From Candidatus Latescibacterota bacterium (GTDB lineage Bacteria > Latescibacterota > UBA2968 > UBA8231): a DNA stretch of 32,807 nt. Each line of letters opens with the position of its first letter. The first letter of the stretch is position 1. Location: the NCBI GenBank assembly GCA_965205655.1, contig CBDBIJ010000098.1, positions 1 to 32,807 on the forward strand. Reading direction: 5' to 3'. Position numbers and translations under genes: made by a program. The notes under the pieces are model-generated. The model worked only from the letters and a program-made list of their open reading frames with translations. It ran no database searches and was not told where the DNA came from. Shown here in pieces: positions 20,548-28,930 of this stretch.

Positions 20548-21821
20548 ATGTCAGAGTTGAATTCGTCACAGACGTTCGCCAAATGGCGCGTCCTGATTCT
20601 GCTGTCCTTTGCAGAGCTGCTGGGGATGTCCCTGTGGGTTCTCCGCCTCTGCTTCCGTGCCCGCCCTGGCTGAAGAGTGGAACCTGAATGGGGCGGATCA
20701 AGCCTGGCTCACGATGATGGTCCAGTGCGGTTTTGTCGCCGGGACTCTCCTCAGTGCGCTGCTCACCCTGCCAGACGTGTTCAGCGCCAAGAGAGTCTTT
20801 GTCGTCAGCTGCGTGCTTGGAGCGGACCGCCAACGCCGCCATCGGCCTCTACGCGCACGGCCTCGCATCGACGCTCACCCTGCGCTTCCTCACCGGTGTT
20901 TTCCTGGCCGGGGTCTACCCGCCTGCCATGAAAAATCATGGCCAGCTGGGTTCAAGGGAGGGTCGCGGCATGGCGATCGGGGTGCTCGTGGGTGCGCTGA
21001 CAATCGGATCGGCGTCACCACACCTGATAAATACTGTCAGCGCCATGGGCGACGCTGGCTCGAGCGACCCTATCGGCGCGCCTACCTGGCGATCTCTCAT
21101 GTTCTTCACATCTGCGTTGGCGCTGATCGCAGCCCTTGTATGCGCCCTTTTCGTCACCGACGGCCCCTATCACGGCGGGCGATCGAAGGTTCGACTGGCG
21201 CTTCGCTGCCAGATCGATGAGGAATCGCGGAATGCGCCTGGCGAACCTCGGCTACCTCGGTCATCAGTGGGAGCTCTACGCCATGTGGACGTGGCTGCCG
21301 ATTTTCCTCCTTCACAGCTATTCTGCCAGCGGCGGCGATGATCCCACAACCTGGTCCAGCCGCGCTGCCCTTCGGCTGCATCGCCATCGGGGGAGTGGCC
21401 TGCGTCGCCGCAGGCGTCGCCGCCGATCGCTTTGGCCGCACGGCGATCGCGATGCTGTCGCTTTTCGTCAGCGGCAGCTGCTGCCTCGTCGTCGGGCAGC
21501 TGTACGGCGGCCCGCCTTGGATGCTCCTGGCCGTATGCGTCCTCTGGGGTTTCGCCATCATTGCCGACTCGGCCCAGTATTCCGCCAGCGTATCGGAACT
21601 GGCCGAGCCCGAATACGTGGGGACGGCGCTCACGTTGCAGACCTGCTTGGGATTCCTCCTGACCCTGGGATCAATACGTCTCATCCCCATTCTCGTCGAC
21701 TGGGTTACGTGGGACCTGGGCGTTCGCCTTTCTCGCGCCGGGCCGGCGTTGGGACTGCTATCGATGCATAGGCTCCAGACAGACACCAGAGGCTTCCAAG
21801 ATAGGAGGGGAGCGTCGATGA
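20548..21821 (+). CDS. MFS transporter interrupted by about 9-10 single-base indels (assembly errors or pseudogene)
   Basis: Pieces across three frames join into MSELNSSQTFAKWRVLILLSFAELLGMSLWFSASA...LRFLTGVFLAGVYPPAMK...GRGMAIGVLVGALTIGSA...LGYLGHQWELYAMWTW...ADRFGR...WGFAIIADSAQYSASVSELA...GTALTLQTCLGF...PEASKIGGERR*. Confidence 0.85.
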
Positions 21822-21907
21822 GGGCTCCTTGCGAATCTCCAACGTCATCGGCAATGCTCCCACAGGGAATAGAATGTCGTAGCGCCACTCGCCGACCTGT
21901 GTCAACG

Positions 21908-21949
21908 CAAAGAGACCTCCGTAAGCTGCCTTCGCTCACGGAGGTCTCT
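21908..21949 (-). terminator. Intrinsic terminator after the tRNA cluster
   Basis: Long stem AGAGACCTCCGTGAGC / GCTTACGGAGGTCTCT followed by TTG, starting 2-3 nt after the tRNA-Pro CCA. Confidence 0.7.
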
Positions 21950-21951
21950 GA

Positions 21952-22029
21952 TGGTCGGGGTGGGCGGATTCGAACCGCCGACCCCCTGCTCCCGAAGCAG
22001 GTGCGCTAGCCGGGCTGCGCTACACCCCG
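21952..22029 (-). tRNA. tRNA-Pro(CGG)
   Basis: CGGGGTGTAGCGCAGCCCGGCTAGCGCACCTGCTTCGGGAGCAGGGGGTCGGCGGTTCGAATCCGCCCACCCCGACCA. Confidence 0.96.
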
Positions 22030-22099
22030 ATAGACGATCTCTACGAAAATGGGCCAGGAGTCTGAAGAAGCCGTGACTCGTGGCCCATTCGCAAAATAG

Positions 22100-22176
<77 letters not shown>

Positions 22177-22188
22177 ACCCATCGATGA

Positions 22189-22265
22189 TGGCGAGCTATA
22201 CAGGATTCGAACCTGTGACCTCTAGCTCCGGAGGCTAGCGCTCTATCCAGCTGAGCTAATAGCTC
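22189..22265 (-). tRNA. tRNA-Arg(CCG)
   Basis: GAGCTATTAGCTCAGCTGGATAGAGCGCTAGCCTCCGGAGCTAGAGGTCACAGGTTCGAATCCTGTATAGCTCGCCA. Confidence 0.96.
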
Positions 22266-22303
22266 ACACGGGTCATCGCTCGCAAAGCGAGCGACACGCT
22301 CGG

Positions 22304-22399
22304 TTAGATGGCACGCTTCTTGTGCCGGTTCTTTCGCAGGCGTTTCTTGCGCTTGTGGGTGTTTATCTTATGCGGCTTTCTCTTCCTTCCACACGGCAT
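22304..22399 (-). CDS. 31-aa basic ribosomal protein bS22 (AURKAIP1/COX24-domain, mS38-like)
   Basis: MPCGRKRKPHKINTHKRKKRLRKNRHKKRAI*, close to the Bacteroidota-type MPSGKKRKRHK..THKRKKRLRKNRHKK pattern. Below the ORF-track size cut-off. Confidence 0.85.
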   Translation of the reverse strand: MPCGRKRKPHKINTHKRKKRLRKNRHKKRAI

Positions 22400-22703
22400 C
22401 TTTCCGATCTCCTGTTGGCGGCGTTCCGTTACTCTCTACCCGAGCTCTCAGCTCCTTGGACGGTTTGAATACGGGCGCCCGCCGTCGACCGATTCTTACC
22501 TCCGACCCGGTCCGGGGATTGCGTCCCGTTCTCGGAGCGCGACTCACGGCTTTGAAGGTCCCGAATCCGCGAATCTCGATGTGTTCCCCGTTCTGAAGTG
22601 CCTCGATGACTGATTCGATGAAACCGTCCACGACTGCAGCCGTATCGGTTTTGGTCAAACCCGTCGCCTGCGCAATTCGTCGCACGATGTCAGCCTTGGT
22701 CAA
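22368..22703 (-). CDS. HU/IHF-family DNA-binding protein
   Basis: TTG start behind GGAGAGG. MTKADIV...IEIRGFGTF..VSRAPRTGRNPRTG...PVFKPSKELR. Confidence 0.93.
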   Translation of the reverse strand: MTKADIVRRIAQATGLTKTDTAAVVDGFIESVIEALQNGEHIEIRGFGTFKAVSRAPRTGRNPRTGSEVRIGRRRAPVFKPSKELRARVESNGTPPTGDRKDAVWKEEKAA

Positions 22704-22764
22704 GGCCGCCTCTCCGTAGATACATACGCTGGTGATATCTCTGAAATCGCAAATCAGAAAATCG

Positions 22765-22793
22765 ATAATAACGAATGGGTCTGGGGTTGTCAA
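22765..22793 (-). promoter_or_regulatory. Near-consensus sigma70 promoter for HU-bS22-tRNA transcript
   Basis: TTGACA (22793-22788), 17-nt spacer, TATTAT (22770-22765). Confidence 0.75.
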
Positions 22794-22848
22794 GGATATG
22801 AGGCCCAAAGACTTGACTCGTACCCCTGAGGCGTCGAACCGGTCGGAT

Positions 22849-23619
22849 TCACTCTCCTTTGGGGATGACGAAGGCTTCCTCGAGATTGTGGAAATCAACG
22901 CTGGATTCGAGGAAAACCTGCTTGAAGAGCGGATCCCGTTCCTGCGCCAGAACCTCGACTACGTTCCCGATCGGAATACCCTTCGGATAGCGCCCGCCCA
23001 ACCCCAACGAAACCACTTGATCGCCCTTTTCGATTTCACTCGACGCATCTACATAGCGCAGTTGAAACCGGTTTCCCGATACCCAGTATACGACCCCCTG
23101 CGCCCGTCCAGCCTGCACCACCGCGCTGACTCGAGACCTCATGATGAGCTGGACGATCGAACTTCTGGCTTCGACTTGGATGATGTGGCCCACTAGACCC
23201 TCGGTCGTCACCACCGGCCAGTCCTGACGGATGCCCTGATCCGTACCCACATTGATCGTAATGGTGTCGAAGATCTGATCCGGGTCACGGGCTATGACCT
23301 CGGCGGGAATGCTGACGGGCGTGCTCTCCCGCTGCTTGAACTTAAGTGCCCGGCGCAGGCGTCGGTTTTCCTGCTTTGCCTCCTGCAAACGCATATTCTC
23401 CAGCGCCAACTCGACGTTTTGCGCTAGCAGATAGCGCGTCTTCTGCTGGTTGCGACCGTGTTCGATAATTGATGTGAATAGCCACTGACTGGAAGCCCAG
23501 AACTCGCCACGACACCACTGCGCGATTGGCTCTTTGTGCGCAGGCGGCAATCCTATCAGTATCAGTGAAAGGAGAACCGCAAGTGCGATGGCTGCGTAGT
23601 CGCGATTGTGATCGAGCAC
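22849..23619 (-). CDS. mreC: Rod shape-determining protein MreC
   Basis: N-terminal TM segment, coiled coil (ENRRLRRAL), AEVIARDP, TITINVG..QGI, GLVG, GLGGRYPKGIPIG; directly after mreB. Confidence 0.93.
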   Translation of the reverse strand: MLDHNRDYAAIALAVLLSLILIGLPPAHKEPIAQWCRGEFWASSQWLFTSIIEHGRNQQKTRYLLAQNVELALENMRLQEAKQENRRLRRALKFKQRESTPVSIPAEVIARDPDQIFDTITINVGTDQGIRQDWPVVTTEGLVGHIIQVEARSSIVQLIMRSRVSAVVQAGRAQGVVYWVSGNRFQLRYVDASSEIEKGDQVVSLGLGGRYPKGIPIGNVVEVLAQERDPLFKQVFLESSVDFHNLEEAFVIPKGE

Positions 23620-23646
23620 GGGCGAGGCGACTTCGGGCGCGGGTAG

Positions 23647-24666
23647 TTAGAACAGGACTTTCTGATAACGATCGAACTCGTCGAGGACCCGCGCGTTGCC
23701 CCGCACGACAGCGGACAGGGGATCCTCGGTGTCCAGATAGGTGGGCAAGCTGGTGGCTTCGATGAGCCGTTCTTTGAGGCCTCGGAGTTTGCCGCCGCCG
23801 CCGCTGAGCACCATGCCCCGGTCGAGAATATCGGCTGCGAGCTCGGGAGGGGTTCGCTCGAGAGCGCGGCGGACACCGGCGACAATCTGCTCTACCGGGT
23901 CGCTCAGTGCCTCGCGGATTTCCCTTGAGTCGACCATGAGCGTCTTGGGAATGGCGGCCACCAGGTCCCTGCCGCGCACCGGCGCCTCTTCCTCGGGGTC
24001 GAGCGGCATAGCGGACCCTATCGAGAATTTGAGTTGCTCTGCCATCCGCGGCCCGATCAGCAGGTTGTATTTCTTGCGCATCCACTCGATGATGGCGAGA
24101 TCCATCTCGTCCCCAGCGACCCGGATCGACTCCGGAGTAACGATTCCGGACAGCGCTATCACCGCGATCTCCGTCGTCCCGCCGCCGACATCGATGACCA
24201 TGGAACCCACCGCCTGCTCCACGGGGAGCCCGATCCCGATGGCGGCTGCCATCGGCTCGCTGACGAGATAGACCTCACGGGCGCCGACCCGTTCACACGA
24301 ATTGCGCACCGCCCTTTTTTCGACTTCCGTACTTCCCGAAGGAACGCTGACGACGACCCTCGGTCGAATGAAGAGCTTGTTTCTCTGCACCCTCTTGATG
24401 AAATGGCGAATCATGTCCTCCGTGACCTCGAAATCGGCGATCACTCCATCCTTGAGAGGTCGGATGGTCTCGATTTCCGAGTTCTCCCTCCCCATCATCT
24501 CCTTCGCCTCCGTGCCCACAGCGATCGCCTTTTTCGTCATGATGTGGCGCGCCACGATGGAAGGCTCGTTGAGAATGATTCCCTCACCCTTTACGTAGAT
24601 GAGCGTGTTCGCAGTGCCGAGATCGATGCCAATGTCATTGGAGAAGAATCTGGACAAAAACGTCAT
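23647..24666 (-). CDS. mreB: Rod shape-determining protein MreB
   Basis: DIGIDLGTANTL, RPLKDGVIADF, EPMAAAIG, DVGGGTTE and LERTPPELAADI. The start is probably ATG at 24666 or 24672. Confidence 0.97.
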   Translation of the reverse strand: MTFLSRFFSNDIGIDLGTANTLIYVKGEGIILNEPSIVARHIMTKKAIAVGTEAKEMMGRENSEIETIRPLKDGVIADFEVTEDMIRHFIKRVQRNKLFIRPRVVVSVPSGSTEVEKRAVRNSCERVGAREVYLVSEPMAAAIGIGLPVEQAVGSMVIDVGGGTTEIAVIALSGIVTPESIRVAGDEMDLAIIEWMRKKYNLLIGPRMAEQLKFSIGSAMPLDPEEEAPVRGRDLVAAIPKTLMVDSREIREALSDPVEQIVAGVRRALERTPPELAADILDRGMVLSGGGGKLRGLKERLIEATSLPTYLDTEDPLSAVVRGNARVLDEFDRYQKVLF

Positions 24667-24793
24667 GTACATCCTCCCGTCCGGTCGCAAGAAGGGCCTC
24701 TCATCGGGGCCGGCAGCATCCGCTTCGCCGGAGAAAGTCCGCAAAAACTCAAAGATGATGTGGGGAGGATGGTACTGCGTTGCGCGATGATGA

Positions 24794-24931
24794 TCAGTCG
24801 TCCTTGTGCAGCCAGGTCCGAACCAGTTCAGCTACATCCTCACCGCGATCTTGGAGAATCTGCTTGAGCCGCTCCATTCTCTGATCGCGGTCTTCCTGGC
24901 TCGTCTCTTTGCTCTCGTGCTGTTCTTCCAT
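24794..24931 (-). CDS. 45-aa hypothetical protein resembling the C-terminal tail of flagellar MS-ring protein FliF
   Basis: MEEQHESKETSQEDRDQRMERLKQILQDRGEDVAELVRTWLHKDD*; the C-terminal VAxL(V/I)RxWL motif was recognised by eye. Confidence 0.5.
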   Translation of the reverse strand: MEEQHESKETSQEDRDQRMERLKQILQDRGEDVAELVRTWLHKDD

Positions 24932-25050
24932 AAGACCAATCGGAAGGGATGCGCGGGGATATGTCGAAGTCCTTATTTGTGGCCGCATTGCAACATCTGG
25001 CCATCGCCGCGAAAGGTAACCACAGAGGTGAGACAATGCCAGTTGGCGGT

Positions 25051-25079
25051 TTGGCCATTCAGCAACGTAAGCTTATATT
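25051..25079 (+). promoter_or_regulatory. Candidate sigma70 promoter for the plus-strand gene run
   Basis: TTGGCC (25051-25056), 17-nt spacer, TATATT (25074-25079), in the divergent intergenic region. Confidence 0.45.
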
Positions 25080-25147
25080 ATTTCGAGGCATGGGGGCGCT
25101 GGTCCCTATTCAGTGGCCAGTTTCCGCCACCTGTAGCGAGTTCGGAT

Positions 25148-25636
25148 ATGAAGCGAGCGGCACGATCGGTTCTGCGAAAGTTGGGAACCGACTTCAATAT
25201 CGAGCAGGAGAGAGAGAGGCGACTGGAGCAGGACACGGAGGATGCGCGTCAGCGCGCCCGTCCTGAAGACAGCCGGGATGACAAGGGCATGAGCGAGATC
25301 CCGGAGGAATTGCTGACCGAGTCTGAAAAACGCCACGAGAAGTACCGGCGGCAGCAGGCGATGGCCGGCCGGGTAACACCGGCAGCCGAGCGGCTTCCGA
25401 TCATGACCGCCGAAGAACGCCAGGCCCGAGACAAAGATCGGCCCAAATGGCGAGCCACCTCCTTCGAGGGGCCTATCGAGAAGCTGATCGACAAGTACGG
25501 CGACCTCGAGGAAGTCCAGAGACACCTGACGCTGGGGCAGTCGATGAAGTACGAGTTCACGCCAGACGGCAGAGTTCTCGACATGGATGGAAACGTCATC
25601 TACGACGGAGAAAAGCTGGTAGGTCCACCGAAGTAG
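25148..25636 (+). CDS. Hypothetical charged protein (about 162 aa)
   Basis: MKRAARSVLRKLGTDFNIEQERERRLEQ...KYEFTPDGRVLDMDGNVIYDGEKLVGPPK, with gene-like codon usage and no recognised family. It may start at ATG 25090 if the G-run at about 25092-25096 has one extra base. Confidence 0.65.
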   Translation: MKRAARSVLRKLGTDFNIEQERERRLEQDTEDARQRARPEDSRDDKGMSEIPEELLTESEKRHEKYRRQQAMAGRVTPAAERLPIMTAEERQARDKDRPKWRATSFEGPIEKLIDKYGDLEEVQRHLTLGQSMKYEFTPDGRVLDMDGNVIYDGEKLVGPPK

Positions 25637-25693
25637 CTCGTGTCTTCACAGCTCCCCCCATACCTCCCCTCTAAGCTGAGATTCCCCGGCGCA

Positions 25694-26413
25694 ATGTTGC
25701 GGAAATTGGGATCAATGACCCTTCTCGGCGTGCTGTGCACCTGTGCGGGATCGACGGAGGAACAAAACCGTCGGGAAGTCGGCGAACTCCTGGCTTCGGG
25801 ACGCCAGCAGACGGCTGATATGGAACTGCGCGACGCGATCGGTTCCTTTCGGATGGTCCTGCACCGCGATAGCACCAACGCCGATGCGATGGCAGGTCTG
25901 GCGCAGGTGTACCGACTCCAGAAGAGACCGACCGCCGCCGATGCTCACCTGAGGGCTGCTATTTTTTCCACCTACACTCGCGGGCTCGAACGGCTCGAGG
26001 AAGGAAATGAAGACGCGGCGGCAGCAGCGTTCGAACATGCTCTCCGCATTCATCCCGAGCACACCCTCGCCCTCATCGAACTCGGTAAGATGGCGCTGGG
26101 CAATCGGCGAAAAGATGAGGCGCTGTCCTATCTCCAAAGAGCTTTTGCGGCAAATCCAGACTACTCCCAGGTTCACGTCCACCTCGGCAACGTCTACGCG
26201 GCGCTGGAGCGCTTCGACGAAGCGAGGGTTGCCTATGAGCGCGCCATACAGCTCAACGCAAACGCCATCGGTGCATACGCCGGGCTCGGAAGTATTCTCT
26301 CTCGCCGAGAGAAATGGGCGGAGGCGGTTCGACAGTACGAAAAAGCCTTGCTCGTCGATCCCGATTCAGAAGCAGCGCAAGAAGGTTTGCGACAGGCACA
26401 GGCCAATCTTTGA
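25694..26413 (+). CDS. TPR-repeat (lipo)protein
   Basis: Signal or lipobox-like MLRKLGSMTLLGVLCTC, then repeated TPR units (ALIELG, VHVHLGNVY, AYAGLG, YEKALLVDP). Confidence 0.8.
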   Translation: MLRKLGSMTLLGVLCTCAGSTEEQNRREVGELLASGRQQTADMELRDAIGSFRMVLHRDSTNADAMAGLAQVYRLQKRPTAADAHLRAAIFSTYTRGLERLEEGNEDAAAAAFEHALRIHPEHTLALIELGKMALGNRRKDEALSYLQRAFAANPDYSQVHVHLGNVYAALERFDEARVAYERAIQLNANAIGAYAGLGSILSRREKWAEAVRQYEKALLVDPDSEAAQEGLRQAQANL

Positions 26414-26459
26414 GCCCCGACTATCACACCCACCATTCCAACTACATCGTGAGGATTTC

Positions 26460-27020
26460 GTGAACTCGACGACCCGGATCGGACTCCTTCTCCTGTCGTT
26501 GTCCGCGTGCGGCGGTCAAGAGGAGGAAGGCAAACAGACGGCACCCTCCTCGGCGGTGAAGACGCCGTATGGCAGCATCGAGGATGTGACATCTTACTTC
26601 GGCGCGGTGGAGTCCTTTATCCGCGAAATCTCGGAAATTCAGAACGAAGTTGATAAACAGCTCGGCTCATCCGGTAAGGGTACGGGAGCCAACCTCGGTC
26701 CAGCTGCCAGCGAGGCGGAGCCGCGCCTGCAGAAGCTATTGGAGGACATAGAGCTGATCGAGCCACCTCCGCTCCTGGCGCCCTTTCACAGGGACACCAA
26801 GAAACTGATGTTGCTTAGACTCGAGGGCTATGCCGCCCTTGTGAAGGGCTGGCAGCTCGAAACCGCTGGTGGCGAGGGGTTTCAGAGTCACTACGACGAG
26901 GCGACGACCAGGTTTGCTGACGCGAATTCGCTCATAGGCCGGCTCAACCTCGAAAAGCGCAACATCAACGAGTCAATTCTCGAGGTGCTCGCGGCCGCCA
27001 ACCAGGCCTCGGCGGGATAG
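26460..27020 (+). CDS. Hypothetical helical lipoprotein
   Basis: GTG start after GAGGA; lipobox MNSTTRIGLLLLSLSA-C; predicted all-helical body. Confidence 0.7.
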   Translation: MNSTTRIGLLLLSLSACGGQEEEGKQTAPSSAVKTPYGSIEDVTSYFGAVESFIREISEIQNEVDKQLGSSGKGTGANLGPAASEAEPRLQKLLEDIELIEPPPLLAPFHRDTKKLMLLRLEGYAALVKGWQLETAGGEGFQSHYDEATTRFADANSLIGRLNLEKRNINESILEVLAAANQASAG

Positions 27021-27073
27021 TCCTGAGTTTCCAACTCGAGCGTCGATATCCGCTCACGGGCAGGCTGGCCATT

Positions 27074-28111
27074 GTGGCGCTTGTCCTCTTTCTCGGCGGC
27101 TGCGATCGGGGTGGCTGGCAGCCAGGGTACTACTGGCATCTCGCTTCCGGTCAAATCCGGATTCTCTTCAATTGTCGCCCGATCGATGAGGTCCTCGCCG
27201 AGACGAGCTCGGATGAGCGCACCCACCGCCAACTCCTCCTCATCGAGGACCTGCGTGCATTCGCTCGAGAGCACATCGGCCTGACAGTCTCTTCGAATTA
27301 CTCCTGCTACTACGACACTGAGGGGAAGCCGATTTCATGGAACGTAAGCGCCTGCCCGACCGACCGTTTCGAGCCCTTTACCTGGACCTTTCCGATAGTC
27401 GGAACAGCGCCGTATAAAGGGTTTTTTGACAAGGAGCGCGCCACCGCCGAGCGGGACGAGCTTCGGGCCGGCGGACTTGATGTCGTGATGCGCCCCGTTT
27501 CTGCGTACAGCACGCTGGGCTTCTTCTCCGATCCGGCGCTGAGCACTATGATCGAGTACCGGGAACAGTCTCTCGCAGATCTCATCTTCCACGAGCTGAC
27601 CCACGGCACGGCGTACGTCCGGGGACATACCGATTTCAACGAGAGCCTGGCCTCTTTCGTGGGCAAGACCGGCTCGCTTCTGTTTCTCACGGCGCGATAC
27701 GGAGCCGCCAGCGACCGTGTGCGCGCAGCAAAGGCACGGCGTGCCGACGACGAGCTGTTCAACCGCTTTCTCTTCGAAGCCGTCGCGTCTCTCGACAGCC
27801 TCTACCGTCAATCTCTTCCCGCTGAATTCGTCATGCGGGAGCGGGTCGAGCGTTTCGATGGCGCGAAGGAGCGATACCGCCACATGAGAAGCAGATTCAA
27901 TTCATCCTCCCCGTACGACGGTTTTCTCGATTGGGAGGTCAACAACGCCCGACTCATGTCCTATCGGCGGTATCACAATCTCGATATATTTATGCGCCTG
28001 TATGATGGCAATGTGAAAAGCCTGGCTACCATCGTCGCTCGCAGCGCATCGTGCGAAAAAAGTGAGAATCCCTGGTCCTGCTTAGAGGCAGCATCGAGCG
28101 GCGAGCGCTAG
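27074..28111 (+). CDS. Putative zinc aminopeptidase (DUF2265-like) lipoprotein
   Basis: LFLGG-C lipobox, W.FPIVG.APYKGFF, AYSTLGFFSDP, LIFHELTH (HExxH) and FNESLASFVG. Confidence 0.82.
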   Translation: MALVLFLGGCDRGGWQPGYYWHLASGQIRILFNCRPIDEVLAETSSDERTHRQLLLIEDLRAFAREHIGLTVSSNYSCYYDTEGKPISWNVSACPTDRFEPFTWTFPIVGTAPYKGFFDKERATAERDELRAGGLDVVMRPVSAYSTLGFFSDPALSTMIEYREQSLADLIFHELTHGTAYVRGHTDFNESLASFVGKTGSLLFLTARYGAASDRVRAAKARRADDELFNRFLFEAVASLDSLYRQSLPAEFVMRERVERFDGAKERYRHMRSRFNSSSPYDGFLDWEVNNARLMSYRRYHNLDIFMRLYDGNVKSLATIVARSASCEKSENPWSCLEAASSGER

Positions 28112-28132
28112 ATTTGAGGAGCCGATAAGCCC

Positions 28133-28903
28133 GTGGATACCGTGCTCGAGCGGTTCAGTCTGACAGATGAAGTGGCGCTCGTCACAGGGGCCAGTTTTGG
28201 CCTCGGACGAGGGATGGCAGAGGGTCTCGCCGAAGCCGGCGCCCATATCGCCGGACTGAGTCGGAACCGGGCGAACCTCTCCGACGTCAAGGCAGTGGTG
28301 GAGTCCGTGGGCCGCGAATTTCTGGAGCTGGAATGCGATGTCGGCGACAGGGATCAGCTCCGCCGAACCGTAGCCGAGGCCTGGGAGTGGAAGCGCCGAC
28401 TGGACGTGCTCGTCAACAACGCCGGCATCATCGAGAGGTCTCCAGCCGAACAACACCCCGACCCGGCGTGGGATTCCGTTTTGAAGGTCAACCTTGACGC
28501 CGTTTGGTTTGGCAGTCAGGAGGCGGGGCGCCGCATGCTCGAGGCGGGTCGTGGCAAGATCATCACCACGGCTTCCGTCCTCACCTTTTCGGGCGGCATT
28601 CTCGTTCCCGGGTACGCCGCCGCCAAAGGGGCGGTCGGCCAGCTCACAAAGGCGCTGGCGAACGAATGGGCGGCGAAGAATATCAACGTGAACGCCATCG
28701 CTCCCGGTTACTTCGTCACCCGCAACACGGAGGCCTTACGCGCCGACCCGGAGCGATCTCGCGCCATCCTCGACCGGATTCCGGCTGACAGGTGGGGCGA
28801 TCCAGAGGATCTCAAGGGTGCCGCAGTCTTTCTGGCCTCTCGCGCCTCCGACTATGTCAACGGGCACATCCTCGTCGTTGACGGCGGCTGGTGTGCGCGC
28901 TGA
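28133..28903 (+). CDS. kduD: SDR oxidoreductase, 2-dehydro-3-deoxy-D-gluconate 5-dehydrogenase-like
   Basis: TGASFGLG, LVNNAGII.R, GGILVPGYAAAK (YxxxK), LANEWA..NINVNAIAPGY..T.NTEALRAD and RIPA.RWG.P.DLKG.AVFLAS.ASDYV. Confidence 0.85.
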   Translation: MDTVLERFSLTDEVALVTGASFGLGRGMAEGLAEAGAHIAGLSRNRANLSDVKAVVESVGREFLELECDVGDRDQLRRTVAEAWEWKRRLDVLVNNAGIIERSPAEQHPDPAWDSVLKVNLDAVWFGSQEAGRRMLEAGRGKIITTASVLTFSGGILVPGYAAAKGAVGQLTKALANEWAAKNINVNAIAPGYFVTRNTEALRADPERSRAILDRIPADRWGDPEDLKGAAVFLASRASDYVNGHILVVDGGWCAR

Positions 28904-28930
28904 AGTCAGCTGACGGGCTGAACGCGTAGG

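Noticed and set aside
21870..21906. Minus-strand TTGACA suggesting an antisense promoter into the MFS gene
   Set aside because: There is no convincing -10 hexamer at 16-18 nt spacing.
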